The translations under genes were made by a program, and so were the position numbers. A DNA stretch of 63,893 bases, the filler included, from Olpidium bornovanus S191 (lineage: Eukaryota > Fungi > Olpidiomycota), in assembly GCA_017911155.1 (NCBI GenBank). It is 25 parts of 25 records of this genome, joined end to end, with 100 filler letters (N's around TTAATTAATTAA, not from the genome) between each part and the next. Parts side by side here need not be neighbours in the genome. Positions count along the whole stretch, not along the records: positions 23,041 to 24,490 come from JAEFCI010001904.1; positions 24,591 to 26,423 come from JAEFCI010006453.1; positions 26,524 to 28,886 come from JAEFCI010008356.1; positions 28,987 to 31,753 come from JAEFCI010008810.1; positions 31,854 to 35,207 come from JAEFCI010000597.1; positions 35,308 to 36,829 come from JAEFCI010013492.1; 19 more parts are not named here. One strand, given 5' to 3'. Positions 23,686 through 36,929 of the stretch are shown here, in pieces. Within the stretch, counting starts at the first letter, position 1, and each line of letters begins with the position of its first letter. A model generated the notes under the pieces. It made no database searches. It was not told where the DNA came from and saw only the letters and a program-made list of their open reading frames with translations.

Positions 23686-26360
23686 AACCTACGGCCCAGC
23701 TCGGTCAGAAGTCGGCGGTTGTTTTTTTTTTTTCTTGCTGGACGGTCTCTTCGCCTTTTGGAGTTTGCAGGGAAACCGACGTGGGCCGGACTCCAAAGGG
23801 ACGAGCGGGAGAGTCAAGCTGCGGTTTTTTCCAAACCGGATCACGATGTTTCTGGCCGGACGTCCACCCTTGGCGTCACTGGCCCTGGGGCTTCTCGGGA
23901 GTCGTCGCCGTCAGCGAGAGCTTTGCTTATTCGCCACCTGCCGGGATCATTCCGGAGACGGTGGCCATTCATTCGAAGTGATGATTCCGTTCGCGAACAA
24001 AAGCGTTCTGTCAACATCAAGCAGCTTTATCAAGACCCCACTGCAGATATCAGCTTGTATTTTTCTTGGTATGGAGTCTGTTTCGTAGTTTTCGATAGTG
24101 TTGACGACGTCTCTTATTTGGCCACATTGCCTTGATTTGCAAAACTCTGCAGAAAGCCGCAGTACGGGTGAACGGCAGTTTCAAATATGTGTCGCGTCTG
24201 TTGAGCTAAAAACATAGAAGCCGTTCACAAAACCGCCAGAATTAGGAGACCCGCGCGTGGTGGGACACTGTCTTGGACAAACGTTACCCCATGGGCAGCG
24301 GCGAGGTCGCAGAAAAAACGAATTATGGCACTGACACCGAGCAGCCAAAAGGTAAATTGAAGCGACTTTCATGAAACAAATCCAAATCTAAATTTGGAAT
24401 AATGGCGAGGACGCAGGAGGGTGTCCCGTTTATCACTATACTGAAGTAAGTCGTTCACTCGACCCCTTTCACATTTTTCGTCAACCTCACNNNNNNNNNN
24501 NNNNNNNNNNNNNNNNNNNNNNNNNNNNNNNNNNTTAATTAATTAANNNNNNNNNNNNNNNNNNNNNNNNNNNNNNNNNNNNNNNNNNNNCTTTTTTCGG
24601 CGCGACCCCCCCACCCCCCCCCCCCCCCCCCACCCCCCTTCCCCACCGCGGCAGAAGGGGGTCCCCTCCGGTTTTACCAAGCTCTCTGACCAAGCTCGGC
24701 GTAGGAAAAACCGAGACGAAAAACCAAAAAAAAAGAGAAAAAAAAATTACGGAGTTTTTTCTTCTTTTTTTTTTTTTTCTCTCCTCTGACGCAAGTCCCC
24801 GCTCCCCCCCCGTTGTTTCGTCCGCGTCGTGGAACGTTACGGCGGTCGTAACCCCCCCTGATCAGGTCCTGAAAGGAACGGAATGGCATTTTTTTTTATT
24901 ACCGCGGCCTTTCAACCTTGACGGATCCGCTTTTTGTGCCATGTGATCCCCGCGAAAAAACGCGCCGAAGCTTACGGTGCCGCTCGAAAACCAGCTGAAG
25001 CCGCCCGTCTGAAAACTTGATAGCATTCGCAGAAATGTCGAGACGATGCCGCAGAGGCCTCCTTCTCTGTCGTTGCTTACCAGACGGCCGGCGTTGGCAA
25101 CGATGCGGGCCTGACACTGACGGGCCCCTTCCCCCCCCCCCCTTTTTTTTCTTTTTTTTTTTTTTTGCAAGGGCCTCTTCCCGGCGTCGGGAAGTCGGGC
25201 TGCCCCCGCTGCGCCGTTTTGCCCTCGAGGTCGGCCGGCGCCCGCGGGCGGCCGGGCTCTGTTCGCCTCTTCAGCATGTTCGCCGACGGCCGCCTGCGAA
25301 AATCCCCTCCGTCGATTGGACACGTTTTTAGTTGGCCCAGGCGGGCCATGAGCCGACCGGCTCATGTCCGGGATCGGCTGCCCGCGATGTGTGCATTTCT
25401 CCAAACCGCCGTTCGGACGTAAGCAGCGCCCCGCCCCCCGCGGCAAACCGGGGCGAAACGGCATCTGCCAAAAAAAAAACCCCCCCGCCGCAAAGGTTAC
25501 CGAGGGCGTCGGCGGATGGCGGCCGAGTAATTCCGGGCCGCCACGTCTCGCCACGCCCTACCCCCTCCCCTTTTTTTTTTGGTGGCAGACCTCTTAAATC
25601 ACCTTATTTGCCGAGGGAGGTCCAAGGCAGAGGAGACGCGAAATGCGCAAACTAATTAGCGCAAACGCGCAAATCACCCTTTCTCGTGCAGCACAGCGAG
25701 ATCTGGGCGGATGCCTGCCGCAAAGTCTCAACATCGCGCACTGAAGTTGGCGCGCGAGGAGTTCGAGGGAAGCAGAGCACAACAAAAGACGCGGGCAACG
25801 CTGTGCACACGCACACACAGGCCTTTAGAAGCACCCGCGGGCCTGCCACGCTTTCGTCGCGTTTGCGGAATTTTTTTTCGTGCGCCGCGCGGCTCGAAGA
25901 AGCCACGAACTCCCCGGTCAGCGCCGAGACTGCTGCCAGCTAATCTGCCCGCGTCATCGGAGATGGGCGAAGTGATCCACAAAGTTCACGTCGTGAATCA
26001 ACGTCACTGTCAGTTTACCGTCTCATCAGCAACGCATCCTGCGGCAACCAGTCGGGTCTCCTTATTTACAAGAGCAGGCCTTGGCTGAAAGTGCAAGAAC
26101 CGCCGCCCAGTCCAACGGAGGATTTACCCGGGCGTAAAACGGCAACGGCCGACAATTCCACGAGGCGTGATCCGAGCGCGTTTGCAAAAAAGAAAAAAAA
26201 GAAGTCAACATAAATTCTGGGATGGAGTGTGACCCCGGAACAAGGCTGGAAGCGGACGGGGTGGGCGCCTCGTTTTCCACCGCGGCCGGGGCGCGAGGGC
26301 GTGTTGGGGGGGGGGCCGGGGCGGGGGGTGTCCGTCCGTAGGAGGGCCCCCCCCCCCCCC

Positions 26361-26405
<45 letters not shown>

Positions 26406-27153
26406 AAAAAACCAAAAAAAAAANNNNNNNNNNNNNNNNNNNNNNNNNNNNNNNNNNNNNNNNNNNNTTAATTAATTAANNNNNNNNNNNNNNNNNNNNN
26501 NNNNNNNNNNNNNNNNNNNNNNNCCATGAGGCCCAATTTTGATCCAGATTTAGACATTCGTGAATCCCCAATTCCAAACCAAATGGACCAATTTGGGTCT
26601 CATTTCAGATAGAGACTCTCTGTTTTTTGATATTCACGCAGAATGTCTGGCCGAACCCAAAACAGGCATCCCGGCTGTCCAAACGTTGCCTTAGATAATC
26701 TTGCGGGATTTGAAGGGTTTGCGAGTCATCCCGTCCCGATATTTCCAACACTCTTTCCAACACAAAGCCTTTCAGCCTTTCAGCCTTTCAGCTACCCTAA
26801 CCCTAAGCTTAAGCATCTGCCACCCTCCCTCGGCATTTGCCTCTGCTATCAGCCATCTGACATTTTCATCTGTCACCGAACGCGCTTGGCAAGCCATCAG
26901 GGTGCGCTGCTTCGTGCCATCTAAAAAGAAAAACTGTCGTTTGAAGATCTCCCCTCAAACGCCCGCCGACCGCGATACAACCTCCTGGCACCCAAACGAC
27001 GAGGATTTCTTTCGCCGTTCGTAAACCTCGCGGTTTGCTCAGGGTGGATGTGAAAAAAAAAAAAAAATAAAAAAAAATAAAAAAAAATAAAAATAAAAAA
27101 ACGAAAAACAAGAATAAAAAATAAAAGGCCGGTTGGGCCGCGTGTGTTCTATT

Positions 27154-28854
27154 TTATACCTCCTGCTCGACGTAACTGGCGGGGATCTCTCCCACACTAC
27201 CGCCCTTCTCGCCGAGCCACCACCCGCCGCTGTCGTCTCCCGGGACCGTCTTGCTGATGACGTTGATGGCGTCGCCCCGGCGGAAGGACAGCTCCTCTTC
27301 CGCCTGCGCTTCGTAGTCGTATGCAGCCGTAACGACCGCCACAGGGGTAGCGGTCGCCGCCGGCGCGAGCGCTTCTGATGAAGCGCGGCGCGAGGGTTCT
27401 GTCGGATTGGATGCTGGGAGACGGTGGGGAGCGGGGGCCGGTGAGGGGAAGAGATCAGTGATTCGTAACGAAGAGGAAGCAAGTTTTGCGCGTGCGCGGG
27501 GCGTGGAGGAGGGAGGGGCGGGAAGTGGGGGGAGGGGCAGGATAATCGAGGATTGCCGGAAAACGTACCGAGCGCCGCTGCGCTGGGGTCCTCAACGTAT
27601 GCGGTAGGGAATTGTCCGGTGCGGCCGGTCTTCGTGTTTCGGCCTTCCCACCAATCCGTGCTTATTGTGGTGTCGAGGACCTCGATCAGATCACCGCGAC
27701 GGAATGAAAGCTCGCCGGGGCAGGACTCGTCGTAATCGTAAACTGCCCTCATCACTGCGACGAATTTGCCGTGGGTTAGGGGTCGGCCTCGACAAGTAAT
27801 AACACCGGCAGAGCGGAAACTACATATTGGAGCCTATCCTCCTCTTCACTCGTCAAGACGGGTAAAAAGTATTCGCAACCGGAGGACGCCTCACCTTTCC
27901 GTTGTGCAAGGCTTTCAGCCTTGGACGGAGACCGAGCGATCCCGGTTTGGCCTGTGTTCGCCTTGGCCTCCACGAACATGGATGGGAATTTTCCAGACTC
28001 GCCGGTCCGTAGACAGGTTCCAGACCACCATTCCTGGTCGTCACCCTCGACGTTGACGTCGCGAGACGTGATTTCAATGACGTCGCCAGCCTTGAACGAA
28101 AGTCCGCCGGACGGGGTTTCCTTCGCCGTGTAGTCATAAAGGGCCTTGACTGGTTAGCGGTGGAAGAATCCGTGAAAGCCAAGGTCAGCCATGCATATGG
28201 AGATGGCGTTGATTGGTTGAGCTCGCAACAACTCGCGGCGAATCACGATGCTACAACCTTCTTCCCCACCGGTACCGGCTCGTGGTGTGCTCGCGGGAGC
28301 AGGTGCGACGGTTAGCGAACTTCCCTGCGCAGGCTCCGCAGGGACATCTGCCTTCACATGGGTTGCAGGGATGATCCCGATAGTGCCGTTGTTATCAACC
28401 TGCAAAAGATTTAACGCATGAGGGAACGTCGGATTTTGCGTCTTGTACGGTTTTCCGCAAATTCTGTATGTTCTCGGCTAGCCGCGGCCGCACGGACCTT
28501 GACCCAGCCGCCTTTCTCTTGCTCCAGTATTAGAACCTTTGCACCTTTGGTCAAGGCCACCTCGCCCTCTGCCAGTGGATCGTAATCAAGAATTGCCGTC
28601 GCGTTGACTCCCTCTGGGGGCATCTCTTCGACCACGGCGCCTTCTGGGATCGTCGGTTCGACTGAAATCCACAGGAGTACGTCAACCAATCAGGATCCAT
28701 TAGGACAGCTTTTTTTCGGGCGGAGGCCTTTGCCATCCCTCGTCGGCCAACTACTCTTCATACCGCCATGCGACTTAATCCGCTCGACTTGGACTTGAAT
28801 CCGCGAAAGTTCGTTCCTCATCAGGTCACACGCTTGTTCCACATCCAGCATTTT
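27154..28854 (-). CDS. Multi-SH3 adaptor, C-terminal part: coiled coil followed by four SH3 domains (Bzz1/FCHSD-like?)
   Basis: Four SH3 motifs: AILDYDP..GEVAL..GGWVKV..GIIPATHV; ALYDYTA..LSF..EWWSG..GKFPSMFV; AVYDYDE..ELSF..DWWEG..GQFPTAYV; AAYDYEA..ELSF..GWWLG..GEIPASYV. Confidence 0.85.
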
Positions 28855-28986
28855 CTATAGCGAACGCCGGGGGCTCTGGAACCTGANNNNNNNNNNNNNN
28901 NNNNNNNNNNNNNNNNNNNNNNNNNNNNNNTTAATTAATTAANNNNNNNNNNNNNNNNNNNNNNNNNNNNNNNNNNNNNNNNNNNN

Positions 28987-29556
28987 CCGTTCCGGCAGTT
29001 GGCGGACAGGCGAAAACCGCAGAAGCACGTCACGCACAGGCGTACGGAATATGGATGGAAGGGGTCCGCGTAGCAGGGAGGTTTTGCAGAACGGACAGCT
29101 CCCATGAGGTTTCCGATGCCGCTCTGGCAGACATCCTGCCGCTGGCCAAGAGGATTGCCACGGCTCTGGGGGTGCCGAACTACAACATTTTACAGGTTTG
29201 CATTTCTTTCTTGAAATGTGGTGTCAGCTTGGGACAACGCGTCTGTATGGGCCGGAAACCTTCACTGATCGGGTTGTCATAATTGCCACGACACCGGGCC
29301 TTTAGAACAATGGGGAGTTGGCCCACCAGGTGGTTCCGCACGGTAATCAGGAAGGAACATTTGCGTTATTCACCGGTGGGCTCCGTTTTCACGTTTATCT
29401 CAAGGTTATTGACGTCGGGTTGATTTGGTCCCAGTTCATTTCCACATCATCCCCAAGCCCAACGCTAAGCAGGGCCTCGGGATCGAATGGCCCGCCTACG
29501 ACGCGCCGAAAGAGGAGATTGAGAGCACGTTGAAGCAGATCCAAGAGAAACTGTAA
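28987..29556 (+). CDS. HNT1: HIT-family hydrolase HNT1/HINT, C-terminal part, multi-exon
   Basis: LADILPLAKRIATALGVPNYNILQ|NNGELAHQVVPH|VHFHIIPKP (histidine triad HxHxH); stop at 29554-29556. Confidence 0.93.
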
Positions 29557-29922
29557 TGACCACCAACACTTCACACACCATATAATCAGGCGAAAACAAA
29601 AAATTCTCCCAACAGGTATATCTGTGGATACCGTGCTTGAGGTCGTTTGTGAGGTTTGCCAGTTGCTTAGACACCTACGCCATCATAATTGTTATGATGG
29701 GATTCAGCAAGCCCGGAAGTTCCATCAGCCACCCCGTCCTCCGATTACCACCTGCCCCGCCGTGTCCGTCTTCGCTGCTGCGGCTGTTGTGGACTGTGAC
29801 GCTAGCCTGTTCTCAAGAACTGCAGCGCGCATTGGCCATTTCATTCCCTTTTATGAGGCGACTCCGCGGAGTTTTGTTTGTGCCTTGTCTCTGAAGATAA
29901 CTCGAAGGTGCCAAGGTTGGCG

Positions 29923-30034
29923 CATCCCGGCTCATTGTCGCGGGGTTTGTGCCTTATGCTGCGCGAGCCGTGTTTTCCACATCCCGGCTCATTGTCGCGG
30001 GGTTTGTGCCTTATACTGCGCGAGCCGTGTGAAG
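29923..30034. repeat. 57-bp direct tandem duplication
   Basis: CATCCCGGCTCATTGTCGCGGGGTTTGTGCCTTAT(G/A)CTGCGCGAGCCGTGT at 29923 and 29980. Confidence 0.9.
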
Positions 30035-30518
30035 CATTTCATCCGTTCCCAAAGTCGTGTTGTGTTCGCAAAACTAAGGTGCGCGGCGTTCGCGCCCTTT
30101 TCTGGACCGGTGGACCGGGAACTTTGAGGTGACTAGCGACGGTGGGGGGGCATGGCATCTCGTGCGAACTGTGGTCGAGCGCGGCGTTGCCTTCGCGTGG
30201 GTGCGCAGTGCCGTCGATGGCGGCATCACCCGGTTTGCCCCTCGACTTCTCCCGCCTTGATGCCTGCGGCTTCTTTCTCAGCCCGGAGGGTTCCGCAGGG
30301 TTCGCGGCGCAGCCGGCCGAAACCGAAGCAACTCCGGCACGTGCAGACCACGTGTCGCAAAGGACCCGTGCCGAACGCGCCCGCCACGCCTCCCGCAGCG
30401 CCCCCGCCGCGCCGCCCGCCGCACGCCGCCGCCTTCCGCCAAGGAAGAAGTCGCCCGAAAATCTCGCACCAGAGATCAGAGGCCGGGTGTTTCCCGCAGG
30501 CACGCTAACCGACCTCTC

Positions 30519-31619
30519 ATGGCGCGAAGGGGATCGACGCGCGCGCGGGCCACCGCCGCGGCAGACGGCGCCGAGGAGGCTGGCGGCGCGAACGAGGGCC
30601 ATAGCGTCGCGGCACCGGCCTCCGCGCGGCCGGTAAGGCGAGGGCCGACGACGAGGAGCAAGGCAACCGCCGCGGCCGCGGAAAACGCGCCAGCTACGGC
30701 TGCCGGCGAGTTCCTCGCCACCGCAGAGGATCTGCCTTCGATCCGCACGCGTTCCAGGGCCAAGCTCGCCGGATCTTCAAGTGCCGGAAACAAGAGCCAG
30801 AACAGGCCCGAGGAACCCGCGGAAGACCCAGCGCCGGCCGAACCTCCACGCGTCACGCGCTCTCGCGCCAAGCGGCTCGCCATCGCCGTGCCGGCGAATC
30901 CTTCTCTTTCCACCTTCAGGACGACAGAGGCCCCGAAGGAGGAGGAGCCGACGGTGAAGGATGGCGGGGGTGACAAGCCGCGTAAATCGACTCGGCGCGC
31001 CATTAAGAGAACTGTTGGCCACAGCAGAACGAAAGTGGCCCCGGAGCAGGGGGAACAGGCGCAGAAGGGCGACGGCGAGGAAAAGCCTCGAAAGTCGACA
31101 CGGCGCGCCGCAAAGGGCGCAACTGGCCGTAACAAAACGAAGGAGGCACCGGAGGAGGAGGAGCAAAACGCTCAGGATAGCGGCGAGGACAAACCGCGAA
31201 AGTCGACACTGGGCGCCCCAAAGTCTGCAACTGGCCGTAACAGAACGAAGGAGGCGCCGGAGGAGGAGGAGCAGAACGAGCAGGATAGAGGCGAGGACAA
31301 ACCGCGAAAGTCGACACGGCGCGCCCTCAGGGCCACAGTTATCCACAACAGTACGTCAAGGGGGGAAGAGGAGAACGAGAAGGATGTTGGCGAGGACAAG
31401 CCGCGAAAGGCGACACGGCGCGCCAAGAACGTAGCTGGCCATAGCAGTGCGGAACACGCGCCGGAGGAGGACGAGCAGAACGAGCCGGCTTCCGGGGAGG
31501 ACAAGCCGCGAAAACCGTCACGGGCCGATAAGAGCAGCGCTGCCCACGGGAAGCCGACCAGGACGACCGCCGCCAAACGCAAACGCCATGTTACACCATC
31601 GGATTCAGATGAAAGTAAA
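30519..31619 (+). CDS. Disordered charged protein with six 33-36 aa KPRK(S/A)T-type repeats; probably continues beyond the contig
   Basis: 385-aa ORF; (D/E)KPRK anchors at 30972, 31080, 31188, 31296, 31395, 31500 (spacing 108,108,108,99,105 nt, all in frame); possible donor GTAAAA near 31615. Confidence 0.7.
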
Positions 31620-31853
31620 ACTGGAGAAGCGAATCATGAAATCGGGCAACAGGTGGGACGAACGTGGTTTACATAGTGTTCCCTTGGCGCGCAATATCGT
31701 GTTAACTAATGTCGGCGCTTCATTTGGTTTGGCCATTTTTCCGGACGAATCCGNNNNNNNNNNNNNNNNNNNNNNNNNNNNNNNNNNNNNNNNNNNNTTA
31801 ATTAATTAANNNNNNNNNNNNNNNNNNNNNNNNNNNNNNNNNNNNNNNNNNNN

Positions 31854-33035
31854 CATGGCAGACATCCTGTACCGCGCGTTCGACGAGCGACTGCGGTCGT
31901 TGCCCAGGTATGATTTGTGCCTAGGTGCGAGAGTGCGGCTGTGCCGGCGTGCAGTGTCTAATTCTTGTTCTCGTGGTGTTTTTCTGTGACGTTAATAGTA
32001 TTTCTGAGGAATACGTGCCTCTTGTCCGGCGTTTCGAGTTGGCCCGGCATCGGATCCTTGATGCACTTGGTAAGTATCCCTACTGTCAATTGGAAGCCCT
32101 TATTCAAACGGTCGCCATGCACTCTAACAGATGTTACCAACCGAACACCATGCTTCCAGTCGAGGCAGGCCGCATCTCGGTAGCCTTCTCGCTCTCCGAG
32201 CGGCAGCAGGATTTCAAGGCGCTTATAAAGCTACTGATGTCGGATCCGGCGAAAGAGAGGCGGCTCGAGGGGTACATGCAGCGCTTCGGTCGCCCGTTCG
32301 CCGACACGTTGAACGAATATTATGTTGAGAACGGTGATCTGAAAGCCCTTCTCCAGCAACCGGATTCACGAGACCAGACGTTGGCGGACTTCCTGGACCG
32401 CCGAGACGAGGGCGCCTTCTACCCGGAGAGCCAGGAAGGGGGATGGGAAGAGGAGCCGTCAAAGTTGCCCCGTGACCTCGCCGAGGTGGCATGGATACAC
32501 GACGTCAAGATCGGGAGATTCGACAAATCGTGGAAGCGTGTCCGCAAGGTCGCGGGCCGGGAGACCTCCGGGTCGAGCAAAGTGGTGCGTACACGGGATA
32601 AACGGCGATAGCGACTTGGCCGTTGGGTTTTGAGGTACACGAAAATTAGCCTTCGTTTTAAATGGTATAATATGCGTTTCATTTTCTCTTTGCCAATTCC
32701 AGCTGGAACTGTGCGTGGAGAAACTTCTTCTCCGGGCAGCAGGTATGGCCGGGCAGGCCGCGGAAGAGGAGAGGGCGGAAGCGGAACGATGTACGTGAAC
32801 GTTATGGTTATTGTCACGGAGACGTTTTCGCGCGTGTTTGTAACCCTTTCCACGACAACGAAACACAGCCATCGACAGCGAGCTTGCACTTTTGGTCGAG
32901 GAGTGGAGCCGGAGGTCCCTGTCTCCGGCTCCCAGCGAAGAGTTCGAGTCCACGTCGAATTCCACGTATTCAGATTCCCAGCGATCCACCACCGTAGAAG
33001 ACGGATCAGTCCGCGAGACACCTAGCGATATATAG
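31854..33035 (+). CDS. NUP133: Nucleoporin Nup133-like, C-terminal region (partial)
   Basis: LSERQQDFKALIKLL...LEGYMQRFGRPFADTLNEYYVENG...LADFL...VAWIHDV resembles the Nup133 C-terminal ACE2 region; exon boundaries approximate. Confidence 0.65.
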
Positions 33036-34104
33036 GCGAATCCACATTTTCACGGTCGTTTGGCCGCGTGCCCATTGCTAGGGACATACTGCGGCAGATT
33101 TGCTTTTCTGCCGGTATTGCATCGACAGCAATTGCGACAATAGAAAAACACTTGCCAATTCAATCGTAAAAGCTTATCAGAAACCTGGTCCACATCAATG
33201 GATTTGCGATTCTGTCTTTACACGGACCGACTGCAAATCTGAGCCGCGAGTGCATTGTTTTCGTCGCTCGCGATGTCCGGTAATCTATCATCTTTGTTTT
33301 TCTAGGTTCAACTTTTACCTTTAGGTTTTGAGTGCTTCGTCCCTTATTCCTCTTGCTCAAAGCCCCGAAAGCGGCCGCGTCGCGGCCTCATCCGACTGGA
33401 GTCCAACTGCGCTCTCTTGCGAGTTGCTGTTGGTGTCACGAAACCGGACACGATCTTCGCACACGCAGCAAACCGCAAAGTTGTGCTCCTTTTATCCGCC
33501 TTCCCGCCCACCTCTCCCACACCCCCTCCCTTCATCCAACGACAGGCTGATGGACTAACCTGCGCGCTGCCCTACTCTGACCTGCCTCGTGTTATCCCCT
33601 CGCCGGGAGAAGAAACATTTTTGCGGATAATGTGCAAGTCATCGTCTCACCGAGAGGGAGCGGGGATGTCCGCGCCGAATCAAAAAACAACGGCGGCAAT
33701 AACAAAAAAAAAATTCGCTCGTCCTCAGAGGTGAACAAGTCTGCGAACCCGGGCCTCAGAGGATGCACAGGCCCGGTAATGCAAACGACTGCAGGGCACA
33801 TTGCTGCCAGATAGATGCCCTTGAAATAGCAAGTATGGGGAAGGTCTGCACGGCCTCCCGCGGTCGTCGATGATGCCAGCTGTCCCGGAAAAACGATGCC
33901 CTCAGGTTATGCACAGTAAGCCCCTGGAGTCACGTGATCCACTACCCTTTTGAATCCTCCGCCCCCCTTTCTTCCTCCCCCCCCCCCCCCCCCACCCCCC
34001 CCCCCCCGCACCCCCCCCCCCCCCTCCCCCCCCCCCCCCCCCCCCACCAAACGCGCCGACGACCGCCGCGGAGGACAGTAAATAATATCCCAGCAGCCCG
34101 CAAT

Positions 34105-35207
34105 GGCCTCGCCTTCGCCCGGCCGTTCTCCGCGCACCGACGACCACGACCATTCCGTCGACGACCGGGGCAACGAGCACGGCGGCACCGGCTGGAACTC
34201 ATCGTCTGCTCCCGACGGTCAACGAGGTGCCGGCGCGGCCGGGGATGGCGCCTGGGCCGCCCGCACGGCGAATCCCCCGCCCTCGTCCGACGGACAGCGG
34301 TACATATGCCTGCTTTTCCGTTGTGGTATCGTTCCAGGGCGAACGGCGGAAAGCCGGCACGCTTCGTGATAAGCGCGCTCGCTCTCGTGCGGGCCCCTCC
34401 CCGCGAAACTTCGAGGGGGCAACGGGGGGGTGGGGGGTGGTGCTTGCCCTGATTTTTCACGGCAAGAACGCCGCGGGCCCGCGGCTATAGCGGGCGTACG
34501 CGCTGGGACGGGCGGGGAAGCAGGGGGGGAGGGGAGAGGGGGATTGGGCGGGGGGTGGGGAAGAAGGGGGGGAAGGGAGGCAGAGCGGGGTTCGAAACAC
34601 TGCAGACCGTCGACCTGGCGTTTGGGTCCGTCACCTGACACTTCTTTCTGAAGCGTGTACTGCCGTCCCACGGTTTAACGTTGTGCTTCGGCTTCGGCGC
34701 GTTGACGACAACGGCGCGGAACGGCACGCTGCCACACGGTCTCCTCGGGCACACCCTGCATGCGGACGTCAGCCGTTTCTCCGACAATCCGCCCGTCGCG
34801 TGGCTACTGGTGACCGTGCTTACGCCAAACCGCATCCGAACGCCCCGCCGCTTGCCATCTGCTCTTTTCGACCAAACGTCAGGCCGGTAGTTTTCATCAA
34901 TAACCTCTCGATCCAGACGGAAAACCGCGATTTGGAAGAAATCTACCGCAAGTTCGGCAACGTAAGTGTCCCAGTGTTTGAAATGACCAGCATTTTTTGG
35001 TTTGTTTGAACTTAATATTCTTCTGAATTCCATGTTCTTATTTATCGCCGCGAACGCCGTGCGGTACAGCTGAAGAAAGTTGCCATCATGTACGACCCCC
35101 ACACGAGGGAGTCGCGTGGGTTTGCGTTTTTGGATTATGATACAGTCGAGGAGGCGCAAAACGCGGTGAACAACTCTGCCAACATTGTCTTGCACGGCCG
35201 GGAAATA
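34105..35207 (+). CDS. TRA2-like single-RRM splicing factor (3' truncated)
   Basis: VFINNLSIQTENRDLEEIYRKFGN|LKKVAIMYDPHTRESRGFAFLDY (RNP2/RNP1; DPHTRESRGF is TRA2-like); start ATG at 34105 is inferred. Confidence 0.8.
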
Positions 35208-36929
35208 NNNNNNNNNNNNNNNNNNNNNNNNNNNNNNNNNNNNNNNNNNNNTTAATTAATTAANNNNNNNNNNNNNNNNNNNNNNNNNNNNNNNNNNNNN
35301 NNNNNNNCATGACAAAGCCGCTCCTGGGCCCGAGATTCCTCTAAGCTCGCGCGGAGATGGGTGTCTGTGATGTGGACTGAGACCGCGAGGGGGCGACGGC
35401 GGCGGCATCAATTCTGAATTTGTTAACGTTATAGAGACTCATTGATTTCAGTGACAGTGCGTTGATACCCGAAGTTGTCGCCAGTGGCTAACATTCGAGA
35501 GGTCGGTGGCAGCACATTTGATGCCCGAGGTCAGTGACAATAACACACTGGCATATGGCGACGGTGTGTTCCAAGGGGTGCTGTCTATCTCACTGTCTCT
35601 CGCCAAGACAATCGAATCGGCCTGCGGAAAGGCGAAAATCAAGAAGAGCAACGAAAAAAGCAACGCGGGATGTTCCGAGAAATTGAGCCTGGCACAGAAG
35701 CGAAAAGAAGTCGCGAGGAAAGCCTCGATAGAACCGGCCGCTTTGTTTGCAAACTCGACCTTTTCGTCTCGCCGCCGCAGGGGTCCCCTCCTACTTTGGG
35801 CGTCCTGACGAACTTCAACACCGGGAACCACCCCTTCGTTCCCCCGAAGGGGCGTTTCTGGCATGTGGGAACCTAGTCACTCTTTCGACTGTTGGACACG
35901 ACGACAGAACCCCTGTCTGATGAACCTGAAGGCGACGGTTACCGCTATTGCCGCTGCCGCCGCTGCCACGCTCCTGCTGTTCGGCGCCCTCAGCTGCCGG
36001 AGAGGCGGCGGCCCTTGGCGGAGGTTCCTTCGAAGTAATTCGGTCGCTCGCAATCAGGCAACCGGACGGGCCGTGCAGCGCCTCTCCGAAGCTGGGTGAA
36101 CCTTCGTTGCGGGAGGGAAAGTCCGAACGGGACTCAACGCCCTTTGCCTCCAGTTTTTGGGCACCAACGGGTAAACAGTCGCGGTCGATCGTTCACTGCT
36201 TTCGTCCCGGACTTTTTGCTTGTTTTGTTTCATTTTCCTCGGCAAACCAGCTGCCGAGGCACCGCACCCTGAAGGCAGCGCACCACTTTTTGAGGCGTGG
36301 AAAGCGGCGGTGGCGAGAGATGCTGCTCGCCAAAGTTTTGTGATTGTCGTCTTGCAGGCCGCCCAAGTAGCTTTCAGCAAAACCCACGATATAAACTGGA
36401 AGGGGGGAGGGGGAGGAGGGGCGGAATTCGAAGCCGGCGAAACAACCGTGGGGCGACGGCACGGAGCGGGCTTGCCTACAACGCGCTCGGCGTTCTCCGT
36501 CCTGCGCCGGCGTCGACGTTTGGCCACAAAGCGTTTCACCGTTTAAGGTGACAATTGCGGAGTGTTTGGGCGTGCCAAATCCCATCACCACGGCCCGATT
36601 TTGACAATCGTTAACGAACACATCAACGGGAATTCCTGTCTGTGTTCGCCTCAGAGCTCCCAGGTGACATCCTCTTATTTTTTTGCGCCGTTCACCTTAT
36701 TTATCCTCGCTGGCGGGGTGGTTGTTAAATTGGCGACGCCGGCCGTCTCGGCGTCGCTTTACCGGTTGACGGTCGCTGTCCCGCCGTGAATGGACGGCGA
36801 CTTCGTTCGCTTCCCGGTGGTTGCCCATGNNNNNNNNNNNNNNNNNNNNNNNNNNNNNNNNNNNNNNNNNNNNTTAATTAATTAANNNNNNNNNNNNNNN
36901 NNNNNNNNNNNNNNNNNNNNNNNNNNNNN

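Noticed and set aside
24840-26200. Micro-exon-like segments on the minus strand (ARIVANAGRL, TGGFSWFSSGT, DLIRGG)
   Set aside because: The frame is ambiguous and no family is recognised.
35308-36829. ORFs in this contig, including a hydrophobic AAAAAATLLLFG segment
   Set aside because: No recognisable domain or consistent exon chain.
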